A stretch of DNA of 64,000 bases from Eledone cirrhosa (taxonomy: Eukaryota). This document shows, piece by piece, positions 31,461 to 45,758 of this stretch. The stretch spans positions 287,990,001 through 288,054,000 of the forward strand of contig OZ024743.1 of NCBI GenBank assembly GCA_964016885.1, in the 5' to 3' direction. A program made the translations under genes and the position numbers. Below the pieces are notes generated by a model that had not been told where the DNA came from, ran no database searches, and saw only the letters and a list, made by a program, of their open reading frames with translations. How positions within the stretch are numbered: position 1 is the first letter of the stretch; every line of letters starts with the position of its first letter.

Positions 31461-32074
31461 ATGTACATGTACCAGTATATATAATATATACGCCATAACA
31501 TATACAAGCAAATATACGTACGAGAAAGTATACGTACCTTCACAAAACATACAGGTAATATATACTTACCTATGCAAATAAGTAATGGTATAAACATTAC
31601 TTAGCTACGACATCAAGACGTAAAATATCCGCGTATAGTTCGTACTATCCGTTAGGGTATAATGTGGGGCTGTAATACAGGAAAGTTTTGTGCAATTTAT
31701 GTTTACAAGCCGAAATTGCCTCAGATTCTTTGTTTAAGATGTTGTCTTTGGCGTAGAGTATTTCCAGGGCCTCGGCGACGCAGAGGTCACATGGTCTTTT
31801 ATTTCCGTTATACAATCTAGCCTCAGCTAGGATCTCCCAGTGTTACTTATATTGGGTGTGGTTGTCTTTTAGACTTTAGATATAAGCTGAAAGTGACGTC
31901 ATATTCCTTCTTAAAGGGTTAAGAAAAGAATGGGTAAACATGTAAAGACGCTGCTTGAATCTATTGGCCGTTAACTCTATGTAGGCCCTACGGGACGTGG
32001 GTGTTTCAAACTTACTTTTGTAGACATATATATATATATGTGTGTATGTATGCATATGTATATATATATATGTA

Positions 32075-32215
32075 TGTCTCACGGTCGGGTCATCGGCGAC
32101 TAAACCGACAACTCCACCAAGCTTGCTTGGTGAGGCGGGTGATATTTGGTCACTCTGTGGGATAAAATACAAGTCCTGACAAAGTGCGGAGAAGCTCAGC
32201 AGAGTCAACGGCCAC
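32075..32215 (+). repeat. Structured repeat head related to the 48085/53320 element
   Basis: TGTCTCACGGTCGGGTC...GGCGACTAAAC...CACCAAG..CTTGGTGAGG.GGGTGA shared with 53370-53510. Confidence 0.7.
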
Positions 32216-32413
32216 CCCCCCCCCTTCACACTTGTCACAATAGTGAGGGAAATCCTGAAAAAAAAAAAATCTGTGGCTTCGGAAGCATCTAATGATGTTG
32301 ACCAGTTCTCCTTTTCCGGTATTGTTTTCAATGCTCAGAGTGAGATTGGTCGAGGGCAAAGCCTTTCGCCATAAGAAAAACCTTCAAATCACAGGCATTG
32401 CTTGTTCAAAATC

Positions 32414-32853
<440 letters not shown>

Positions 32854-32854
32854 A

Positions 32855-32932
<78 letters not shown>

Positions 32933-33209
32933 TAAGAAAACGATGACGTTTCGTTTACACGTTTTTGTTGATTATCCACCTGTACGTACATGCCTGTGCA
33001 TTGAGTGCTCATATCGGTACCACCTGTAGGCAATTCACCTGAATCACACATACTGCATATATATATATATATATGGGAAGGTCAGGCTGTTGAGATTCAC
33101 TTATATTATCATGAACCAGGCAACCAATCCATTCATCGGATATCCAAACAAGCAACGGCTATTTACCTAACTGTCAAAGATCTTTCTTCACACATTATGT
33201 GGCCCGATC

Positions 33210-33434
33210 CAGCGGCGGTGGAAGCATTTCTGAATGGAGGAGGGTATTTGGTCAATTTAGTTGTAGTGATTAGTTTATCTCTTTGTACTCTAAAATGGTC
33301 AGAAAACTTCGATATGCGATAAACATAAAATGTACATAAATTGTAGCGCACATTTAAATAGATATGTTTTGGTAGTTTAGGGAGAAAAATATAATTATTG
33401 GAGGCGGGCATGTCCCCCAGTTCCACCGCCGCTG
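33210..33434. mobile_element. MITE with 14-bp perfect TIRs (CAGCGGCGGTGGAA / TTCCACCGCCGCTG), hAT-like ends
   Basis: TIRs at 33210-33223 and 33421-33434; no clear TSD; interior resembles 44010-44110. Confidence 0.6.
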
Positions 33435-33454
33435 TGGATTATATATATATATAA

Positions 33455-33633
33455 TAATTGTTTCTACGTTTGGCACAAGGCCAGCAAATACCCAGTGCAT
33501 TACTGGTACTTTATTTTATCGACCCTGTAAGGATGAAAGGCAAAGTTAACCTCGGCGGGATTTGAACTCAGATCATAAAGGGACGTAACTCTATGCTTCA
33601 AAGCATGGTGTCCGACTCTCTACCGATACTGCC
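33455..33633 (-). mobile_element. Meta-type SINE
   Basis: Consensus match. Confidence 0.85.
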
Positions 33634-33744
33634 ATATATAATAATAATAAAAAATTAGGCCCTGTACCCGATGCTAAGGGGTTAATATATCGAACTTCTT
33701 CGCATTTGGTAAGAAACTGGCATTATACCCAATATCTTCACCTC

Positions 33745-35763
<2,019 letters not shown>

Positions 35764-36387
35764 GCTTTTTTTAAAAAGGAATTTATTAGGTATTGACATA
35801 TGTTTCTGTAACAGACGGAATACGTATGTATCGCTGCTTGCGTAATCATATAATGTTAGCAAGTATTCGATAGCAAATGTATAATCAGTTGTCACATCTT
35901 CAGAGATTTTGGATAAATTGGATAAAATCAGAAAAAGTGAAGTATTTATATTAGTAATAGAGGAAGAAGAGAGGGGATAGTATATGACAGATGGTAATTC
36001 AATTTACTGCTAAACAAGTATATAAAGGGTTTCTAATGAGAATACAATGAGTAAATGGTTTATTTTATCTAAATAAGAATTTTTGGGAGTGCCTATTTTA
36101 ATCTATACTTGACCAATTGGACAGTGGACAGGGCTGGTCATTTGATGTAGTAGTATTAATTATAAAGTATCAATTGGGGAAGGGGAGATTTTGATTGCTA
36201 CTGAATAACATCAATGCTAGTAGCCAGCTGGTATGTGCATTAGGGAATTGAATTAAGAAATCAGAAATCTCATTTTATCTATAGCAGTTTATATTAAATG
36301 GTAAATAATAGAAGAGTTGATAGAATTAAGACTAATAGAGAATGTTAATATGTATTTTGACAATCAAACGGAGATGGAGACAGGCGT

Positions 36388-37126
36388 TCAATCCTGGTAG
36401 TATTTATAATATGAAAATGTAGATTTTAAGCGATGGTTACAGTATAACGATCGCTCTATTCTGTTATTTAATAAAATGTTTTTGGATTTCATAATACAAA
36501 ATAATTCCATATTACATAATTTACAAAATTCCTGTCCGTAGCATCTGGAGGGGCAGACGCTATTATATCCCATTTTAGGTTAAATTGTTGGTTATTTTCA
36601 CGCAGCTGCCAAGCCTTGTCTGCGAGAGTTGTTACATAACGCTGGTTTTCATGTTTTATCGAGTAACGATGTCTGTAAAAGCGTGATTTGAAGGAGGTGG
36701 CTGTAGATCCCACATTGTACCAATTCTGTCTATCCGATTCGATAGTACATTTGTATATGATGTTGCGTTCAAGACACTGATTGTTCAACGGACACATTCC
36801 TGCTTGGACACAGTTACAGTTATAATTTTGCGTTGTTGTATTGGCATGGATGGGTTGATGAGGTTGCTTAGGTAGGACAGGATGTTGTTTGTTGTTTTGT
36901 GATGTTATAGCTAATGTTTTACGTGTATTGTTATGTGTTGGAAGGCGTTTATACAACCGTTTTGCGTTAAGCTTTTTTATATGTTGTTCAATATTAGGGG
37001 CGGTTGAATATGAAAGTCGAATAGTGTTAGGGTTTAAGATTTTATTATATTTATGTGATGTTGGAAAGTGTTTTTTAACTAATCGAAAGAATTGTGAGGG
37101 TAGATTGATTTTACTAAACTTCCATT

Positions 37127-37128
<2 letters not shown>
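36388..37128 (-). mobile_element. Penelope-like GIY-YIG fragment (frameshifted)
   Basis: CNCVQAGMCPLNNQCLERNIIYKCTI...YNVGSTATSFKSRFYRH...LKWDII, then CKLCNME...LLNNRIERSLYCNHR; paralogous to 60449-61069. Confidence 0.88.
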
Positions 37129-37176
<48 letters not shown>

Positions 37177-37284
37177 AATGGAAGTTTAGTAAAATCGAAC
37201 CTTTGGCTCTGGCCAAGCTAACGATATACAATTAGAAATGTGCAGCAAGGCACTCGATGAGGTTGTGTCACCTTAGAGTAATAG

Positions 37285-37465
37285 CTGTTTCTACATTTGG
37301 CACAAGGCCAGCAATTACCCAGTACGTTACTGGTAGTTTATTTTATCGACCCCGTAAGGATAAAAGGCAAAGTTAACCTCGGCAGGATTTGAACTCAGAT
37401 CGTAAGGGGACGTAACTATGCTGGAAAGCATGTCCGACCCTCTACCGATACTGCCTATTCACCAG
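37285..37465 (-). mobile_element. Meta-type SINE
   Basis: Consensus match. Confidence 0.85.
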
Positions 37466-37724
37466 TAATAACATACGTTAGACAGCTTGACAAATTGAAA
37501 ATTGCGGCAAGCCTAGCCACATAATACCAAAGCAACGAAAAAACCATGGCTAATGGTGAGATTTGTTACTCTAAAGTTTCACCTGCGCAATCATAGGAAC
37601 ACCAGTCTTGTCTGTTGATCCTGTGAGTACCCAGATGAGACACCAGAGTAACAAGGCTCATCGCCTAGGCATAATAAATGAATATTTAAACACTACTTCC
37701 GTATTGACTTTTGGGACCCGAGAG

Positions 37725-38242
37725 TACTACCAAACTCCCCTCCTCTCTACGTCTATCACAAAGAATCTCTAATCCCTCTTTATGTATCTACAAAACCAAA
37801 CTCACCCCCTCTCTATATCTACTACATGGCACTTTCCCATTATCCCCCTCTAAATGTCTACAACCACCAAATTCTCCCCTCTCTATATCTAAGATACAAA
37901 ACACTCTCCCAATCTCTTTATATCAATCATGTCCAAACATTCCCCATCGCCATCTCTATCACACTCTGTCGTAATCGTTCTCTCTCTATCCATCACAAAC
38001 TACCCCCTCTATATCTTTTACGACAATGCCTCATCCAGTCCCCCTCTATACATATAGCAATATGTATCTCTCCCAAACCCTCATTATATCTACAAGCATT
38101 GAAATCTACCCCTCTCTATCCATCTCTACTACACGACACTCTGACTACCAATCCCCCTCTCTATATCAATTACAACCAAACTCTCCCCTCTCTATATCTA
38201 CTATACGGAATTCTCTCCCAATCCCCCTTTCTATATCAATTA
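37725..38242. repeat. Degenerate pyrimidine-rich minisatellite (~34/69-bp period; CCCTCTCTATATCTAC...ACCAAACTCCC), resuming at 43947-44010
   Basis: Repeated CTCTATATC(T/A)A, ACCAAACTC and TCCCAATCCC motifs. Confidence 0.8.
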
Positions 38243-38675
38243 ACCCTTGATATAGACGTGAATTACTTTGCTCCGGACTTTTACGGATTATTGTAAAAAA
38301 AACTGTGAGTTTATTGCTCAATTTAACAACATTGTTTAGTTTAACCCCTTGCCTGGGCCGTCAGACGTTGAGTCAACTAATTTTCGCCCCTTTCTGGGGC
38401 GAAATTTTCATTTTCATCCCAAAACTGTAGACTTGGTGGCATGGATGCCATTACCACCTCGCACACTGTCGTGAGTGCCACGCCCACTAAGAAATGTGGT
38501 GGAGGGAAGGTAGGAGTACAAAGCTTGCAGCCTTCCCCCCCTCACATCATCGAAAAACGTTAAAAATATTGAAACCACGAAACCAAACCCAGTAAATAAT
38601 ACCAGCACCAACAACAAGAACTATGACAATAACACCACAACCAACAACTGCAACAATAGCAACACCAAGGAAAAC

Positions 38676-40228
38676 ATGAACAATATTACCAACAGTGACA
38701 GCAACAAAAAAGACAACAACACCAAAACAACATTCGCACAGACTGTAAAAAAAAACGAACTATACACGCCAATATACATAACAAATGCTAAACAACTATT
38801 ACAAGACGCAAAACAATTCGTGACTTTTGGCGAAAACGGTACTTTTAGCATCAATTCTCCACAGGAATTACGTAGAGAGGCTGTCCTGAAAACCACAATT
38901 TTCAGGACAATATCGAACGAAACAAGAAAACCAGCTCAATTATCACAAAATGAAATTGAGCTGGTTCTAAAAGATGCAATGAAGGACTTAACCTTCATAC
39001 AAAAAGGTAAACTGTTTGGTAGCATTTCGGTGCTAATGAACAACCAGTCAACAGCTCAAAAGTACGCGGTATCACCCATTGTGTCCCCCCGCTTCACCTT
39101 TTTCCCCACATACAGGGGAAAAAGGACACAAAGAATAAAAATAATGAGTATCACACCAAATGTAAATATTTGGTGGATACTGTGTGGAATCATTGACTTT
39201 GACGAAGACAAGATAATTTCAATAGGAAAGTCCTCCGGATGTGTATTTGGTGGGACCAGCGTAGAAGTTCTGGTGCAAATGAGCCCAGAACGAATAGCGA
39301 ATATCCCACAACGCGTGCCTCTGGACGGGCTAACTTATATAAACATTTCAGTGGAGGGAAGGCGGCCGTCATGTTACCACTGCTTAAGCAGGGGTCACCT
39401 GAGGGCTGCCTGCCCTCAATAAACGAGTAAAAAAAAAAGGCTCTTCTGCCAACCCCGAACACAACAACACAACCACCACCACCACCACCACAACCACAAC
39501 AACACGGAAAAATAACAACACAAAACACTGTTCCACCCAACCCCTCCCCACCTAAAACAAATACAAAAGCAACCACAACAAAACCCCAAAATATACCCCT
39601 CCCCAACAACACGGAAGAGGACTCTGTATCAACGTCACCCAGTGACAACGAGGGAGAACCCTTTCAACAGGTGAAAAGAAAAAAAAAAGGCACCACATTA
39701 ACAAAAAGGCCACAAACACACAACCACCAGCACAAGCAGAACAAACATCACAAATAAAAAACCCCACCCCTCCCCAAAACATAACACGTACTACAAAACG
39801 CAAACACGCACAAGAACAACAAACAAAAACAAACACAACACAACAAAATCTATACATACATTAACAAGAACAATAAAACGTTGATGAAAGCGATAGAAAA
39901 TAACCCTTCGGTGGAAACCGAAGGGATCACTTTCACCTACGCAGCGAACAAACCGCACCTAATGATGATTAGGGTCCCAACGGAAACCTATGTAACTTTG
40001 AAAAAGAACCATCCAATGCATGTGGGGACCAACTGCACCAAACCACATAACAGAGTCCTATTGAGATGTTTCCCCACCCCCACACCAGACACCCACACCC
40101 CACCAAACACCCTAATCCCACCACACACTGATGTCCTCACCCCACCACAAACCACCACCCCACCAAACAACCCTTCCAAAACCCCCATGGAAATTGTGCA
40201 GCCTGGTCCCCAGGAGACGAAGAGGTAA
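38676..40228 (+). pseudogene. LINE ORF1 (gag-like, CCHC zinc knuckle, Pro/Thr-rich tail), disrupted
   Basis: VEGRRPSCYHCLSRGHLRAAC fits CX2CX4HX4C; stop and homopolymer disruption at ~39420, then low-complexity continuation and ORF 39881-40228. Confidence 0.8.
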
Positions 40229-40270
40229 GTAATTTCCTTTCCTCTTCCTTTTTAACTCTTCAGCACCAAC

Positions 40271-43200
40271 ATGGCCAATATAAGAGTTGGATGTGTGAAT
40301 GCACGCGGCTTGGGGATGTCCTGGAAACAGGGCAAACTCTTAAATGACCTCAGGTCGCACAGAGTGGATGTAATGGTTATTTGCGAGTCCAGGATCAGCA
40401 GCGAGCGCCAACTGGCCCCCATTTTCGACGACTTTGAGATCTACGCATCTCTCTGTCAGCCGAGGAGTGGGGATGGGGTTGTCGTTCTGCTGCAAAAATA
40501 CCTGGGTCTTGTCACACAGAAGGTACACCTGGACCCGGAGGGTCGACTGGTGGTTTTAGACGTCGGCAGTGGTGAAGGTGGAGCTTTCAGGCTGGTGGCA
40601 GCGTATGCCCCATCTGGGACACCGCGACCGGACTTCTTCCGACGCCTGGAGAATTTCCTGGGAACGTCTCGCTCCTTGCTTTTAGTGGGGGACTGGAATG
40701 GTATCCTGGATGCACGTTGGGACTATGTAGGGGCATGTCTCGATAGAGGGGGGTGTAACAGCTTCAAACGATTAATCGGCCGATTTGATTTGGCCGATAG
40801 ATATCGACTAGATTTTCCGACTGTGCCACGGTGGACGTGGAGTAATCGCAGCGGAACATCTAGGTCGTACCTAGATAGGTTCCTAGTTAGAAATAAGGAT
40901 AGGGACATATTAAGCTGTCCACGAATGTTCATGGTTGACTATTCGGATCACAAGTTGTTGACCGGAGTGGTCAACCTTGATAGAACTCATAGACAGGGAC
41001 CCGGTTACTGGAAGCTAAACTTGTCTTTACCGACAAACAAAGCTTACAGTAAGCGGATTAGCACACTAGTTAAGCAGCGTTTGACGGGGGCAATTGTCAA
41101 CAGCAGGTGGTGGGGCTCTCTCAAGAGAGAAATTAGAAGAGAATCGATAGGTTTTAGTCGGGAATTAGCATCAGATAGGAATAGAACGGAAAGGAATTAA
41201 CAAATAGTAGAAGAGGCGATTAGGAGTGGCAACGTGGCCGGCGTGCTGGCGTCAAGAACGGCCCTAGACCAGTTCTTTGATGCGAAGCACGAGGGCTGCG
41301 TTGTCAGGAGTAAAATACGTAATCTGGGTAACGAGGGAGCCAAAGCTGTTAGCTGGGCCCGAGTGACAGAGGCAAAAAGTGGAAACAAGTCCACGATTCG
41401 GTCTTTGAAGGACCAGGATGGACGCGTGATCCTTGAACCTGAGCGGATGAGCGCGGCCTTTCAACGGCGCTTTGCACGACTGTTCGGGAGGGGCGGCGGG
41501 CCGGGTGAGGCCATGGATTTCGGTCCATACTTCGACGGTCTGGCGCGGTTCTCGGACGGGGAGGCGAAGTCCTGCGAGAGGCCGATTTCAGCCGCTGAAA
41601 TAGGGGAAACGCTGAGCCAATGCGGCAAACGCAAATCTCCGGGTCTCGATGGTCTACCATACGAACTTTATGTAGCGATGCCGGGCTTGTTCTCCGGTCT
41701 CCTCGAGGCGGTCTAGTGCAACTGGCAACAGAACGGGAGAATTCCCAGTTCTGTGACCAAGGGCGTAGTCACGCTGGTGAGGAAGGACGAGAACAAGGGG
41801 GATGACATAGATAACTTCAGGCCCATAACTCTGCTAAACACAGAGTTAAAGATTTTGGCCAAGGTGTTAGCGAAGAGGTTGGCGCTTGTCGTCGGGAATC
41901 TGGTGGGAGAAGCGCAGACATGCGCAATCCCGTCCAGGTCCATACACGACAACCTCCACCTCATGCGATACATCGTAGAGAGGGTAGGGAACGAACCCGG
42001 CTTTGGTGGGGCCCTGATCAACTTGGATCAATCTAAGGCGTTCGATAGGGTTGACCATCGGTACCTGGATGTGGTGCTCGCGGCGGCAGGCTTCGGACCC
42101 GTTTTCAGGGGCTGGATTGCTGCAATGCACAGCAGCAACGCCTGCTCTAGGGTCAAGGTGAACGGCTACCTCTCCAAGCCGTTCTAAATCACGCGATCCA
42201 TCCGTCAGGAATGCCCTCCCTCCTCCCTCCTGTATGTGCTGGCTCTCGATCCACTACTGCGGAAGCTGGAGCTGTTGCAGGGCATCCCCTTGGAACCGGG
42301 ATTGCGGAAAGCGGTGTCGGCCTACGCCGATGACGTGACAGTAAAGGGGTCGTGCGCCCCGGAAATCGGGCAGATCGGCACCTTACTGGAGGAATATGAA
42401 AGGTTCACAGGAGCCAAGCTGTACCGGGACAAGTCCGTCGGTTTGCAACTCGGGACGTGGAGGGGCAAAACGATGCCCTCCGACGGCATCGTCGGACGCT
42501 GGACGGAGGGACTGGTGAAGCTGCTCGGGGTCTGGTGCGGACCGGACCTCCAGGTGGAGAAAAACTGGGACGAGGTAACGGGCAAGGTGTTTGCACTCGC
42601 CCAGAAGTAGGCCGAGTGCAAACTATCCCTGAAAGGTCGAGCGGAGGTGGCGAACGCTTATATAGCGTCCGTCATCTACTACCGCTTGACCGTCGTGCTT
42701 TGCCCAGAGAAAACACTCGCCAAAATGGAGCGCGCGCTCTTCTGATTTCTTTGGAAGAAGCGGGCTCCTTTGGTGAGAAGATCCATCTGCTGTCAACACC
42801 CTTCGAACGGAGGGCTGGGGATGCCGTGGCTGACGATGCGTAGACACGCATTAAGGCTACGGCACCTCCAGGTATTCCTCACCGGTCAGCCGGTGTGGGC
42901 CCTGTTTGTGAGGCGAGCCTTTCCGAGACTCGTCTGACTCACCGAGCTGCAATCCTGGGTCAAGCAAAGACCGAGAAAAGTGGGCGACTGGCACATTGAA
43001 TGTGCCCAGACGCTCACGGCCCTCTGGCAAGCGGATCTGGCAATCAGTGGAGACTCAACCTCAACATTCTATAGAGGGTTGGTGCGCAGTAAGTGCGACG
43101 ACGCTCTCGGAGAGGCTCTGGGCATGGAGGAAGACGGGCTGGCCAGTCTGTTCGGTAAGACGTTTGGCCCGGGACCGATGGACAACTTCCAAAAGTCCCT

Positions 43201-43705
43201 GGTTTGGCAATGTTACCGAGGAGCTCTACCCGTTCGGGACAAGCTCTACAGACACGGGCGCCCGGGTAAGGACCCCTCGAAGAAGATCTGTCCGAGATGC
43301 GTGCGTGACGAGGAAACCGTCGCACACGCATTCGTACACTGCCCGGGCGTTGCTGACCTGTGGGGCTATGTGGAACGACTACTGTCGCGGGTGGGACCAA
43401 TCCGGTTGACCACCGAGAACATTGTCACAATCAAACCGCCTCCTCCTTTCAAAAACGAAGGAGAGGCGGCTTTCCTCTGTGTGATAGCCATGGCGAAAGA
43501 AGTTGTATGGTGGACAAGGTTGAAAGGGCTGAGGTCAGACACCTTTCTCTCCGGCCAACAACTGGTCTTTTTTTTCAAGTTCCACTTTAGAAGAAGGATC
43601 AGAATGGAGAGAGAGGTGCTCTACCCCAGCAAGTTTTATGAAAAATGGGTGAAAGTAGCGAGAATGGCCCGAGTGAATGGGCCTTCTCTCTATATCAGCC
43701 TGTAG
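40271..43705 (+). pseudogene. LINE ORF2 (APE endonuclease, RT, zf-RVT), one frame with premature stops
   Basis: GCVNARGL, ICESR, VGDWN, SRSYLDR, YSDH; KSPGLDGLP, FRPITLLN, LDQSKAFDRV, SAYADDV; CPRCVRDEETVAHAFVHC. All five ORF pieces are in the same frame. Confidence 0.93.
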
Positions 43706-45119
43706 GTGAGAGAGGAGAAGAATGAGGAGAGGAAGGAAGCACCCGCTCTTTGTGCTCCTGAAGAGGAGGGTTGCACATTTTTTCGGGGGTGTGTGCGACC
43801 GATGTCAACGCCCCTCCCTATTGAGGACATCGATTGTTAAATTTAATTTGTTATATGTTTTTTACACGTCTTTTTAAATGTATGTAAATTCCCCCCTTTG
43901 TATTTGTCCCAATCTTTGATGCCCTGGTGGCAAATAAATAGAAATATATATCAATTACCACCAAACTCTCCCCCTCTCTATATCTATATCTATTCCTCCC
44001 ATCTATATCTACATAACATGTAAATAAATTGTAGCGTACATACAAATAGATGTGTTTTGGGAATTTGGGTAGAAAAGTATAATCATTGGGTGGGCGGGTG
44101 AGGGGTCATGCACCCCCCCCCCCCCACCGACCCCCACTAATTCCATCCTTCCTGCTATCAATAACCTGTTGTCTTCTATACCCCCTTGTTTCTCTTCTCA
44201 TTTTATTTCTGCATGTATGTGCCTGCACATTTGTATGCGTTTGTTTGTTTGTCTGTGTGCGTTTGTGTGTGTGCGTATGCACATTGTCTACCTTCTCGTT
44301 CTATGAGACCAATGGAATGTAGCTCTACCGAAAACCCGGACTAGAATAGAAAAATTAACGAATTTGCGGTTGAGAACACATAAGAACAACACTGAAAATT
44401 CATATGTTAAAATTCAATGGCAAAACATAGACACAAGAAAAGGAGAGAAGGCATCGGAGTCAGTCATTTTTAGGAACATATGGCTGTGAAGTATTTTTAG
44501 GCTCTGACAATTTTCTGTTTAATTAAATACGTGGTGACACGTGATATGATATTTAATAGTTTATTTATTGATGTAAATTTTGTGGCTCTAACAAAAATGA
44601 ATGTGAGGAAAAAATATTATTTCTAAATGTGTCATCATTTTCAAAGTTTAGAAAATTCCGGACTAACGTATTAACAATTAACAAATAAAAAGAGTAGTAA
44701 ATGTCTGCCAAAAAAGAGACAAGGTCATGTTGTCCGTTGCGGCGTTAAGTGACTTAACTTTAAAACGACACCAATAACTTTAAGAAACACAAGAACATCA
44801 CGTAATCATATCTCTACACCCCTAAAGAAACATAGAACAACACCGTATGTTGGGGATGATAGTGGTAGTGAGAGGTAGGAAGAAGGGATTTGAACTTGGT
44901 GTAAATAAACACCGCATGGGGTCGCCTTCCAGGGTATGTCACTAACGACCACTATCACCACTTTTTATCCGCTGTCTTATTGTATGTATCACTAAACGCC
45001 ACCAGTATTTTGTCCGCCGTCCTAAAGGGTCTGTTAACTAAATAACAGACCTGTCAACTCTCCCCGTCGGACGGGGAGATCTACCCACTACCCACTATAG
45101 TGGGTATAGCTTTCATTAT

Positions 45120-45610
45120 GTAGTATCGGTAGAGGGTTGGACACCATGATTTGACGCATAGTGTTAAGGCCCTTTACGATCTGAGTTCAAATCCCACCGA
45201 GGTTGACTTTGCCTTTCATCCTTACGGGGTCGATAAAATAAAGTACCAGTAATGCACTGGGTATTTGCTGGCCTTGTGCCTAAAGTAGAAACAATTATTT
45301 AAAATCTCTCCATTTTGCCTCATTTCTCATCATTTTGGGGCACTTTTGTTCATGGTACTCCCGGTTTGGGCTTTTAGAGGTTGGCAGGTCTGAAATAATG
45401 ATTTCCGATTTGGGCACAAGGCCAGGAATTTGGGGTAAGATGAAAGGCGAATATATCGTATATCTACCATAGTACTTCACTGGTACTTCATCTTATCGAC
45501 TTTAGAAGAATGAAAGGAAAAGTTAACCTCGGTGGGATTTGAACTCAGAACGTAGAAATCATAACTAAATACCGCAATGCATTTTGTTCAACGCTCTATC
45601 GATTTTTCCA
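45120..45610. mobile_element. Convergent SINE pair (+ ~45120-45296, - ~45400-45610)
   Basis: Meta-core matches on opposite strands. Confidence 0.75.
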
Positions 45611-45713
45611 CTGCATCCAGATTAATTAAATGATGATTTCTAATTTGGGGTAGGGGAAAGTCGATTAAATGACCCTAAATACTTAACTAGTACTTTATTT
45701 TATCGATCACGGA

Positions 45714-45758
45714 AAGGCATTTAACTGTAGAGTTCGAAACTCTACAGTTAAATGCCTT
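45714..45758. repeat. Perfect 21-bp inverted repeat with 3-nt loop
   Basis: AAGGCATTTAACTGTAGAGTT cga AACTCTACAGTTAAATGCCTT. Confidence 0.95.

Larger units (their letters stand above)
38243..43946 (+). mobile_element. Full-length Tx1/L1-clade non-LTR retrotransposon, inactivated, with 11-bp TSD TATATCAATTA
   Basis: TSD at 38232-38242 and 43947-43957; ORF1 plus ORF2; 3' end AATAAATAGAAA. Confidence 0.9.

Noticed and set aside
42608-42610. TAG at a conserved Trp of ORF2 that A-to-I editing could restore
   Set aside because: Several other stops (TGA from CGA or TCA, TAG from TAC) cannot be restored to the expected residues by editing; simple decay is sufficient.
43758-43820. CTGAAGA GGAGGG...CCCTCC in the LINE 3' UTR as a hammerhead
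   Set aside because: No GAAA or NUH after the stem.
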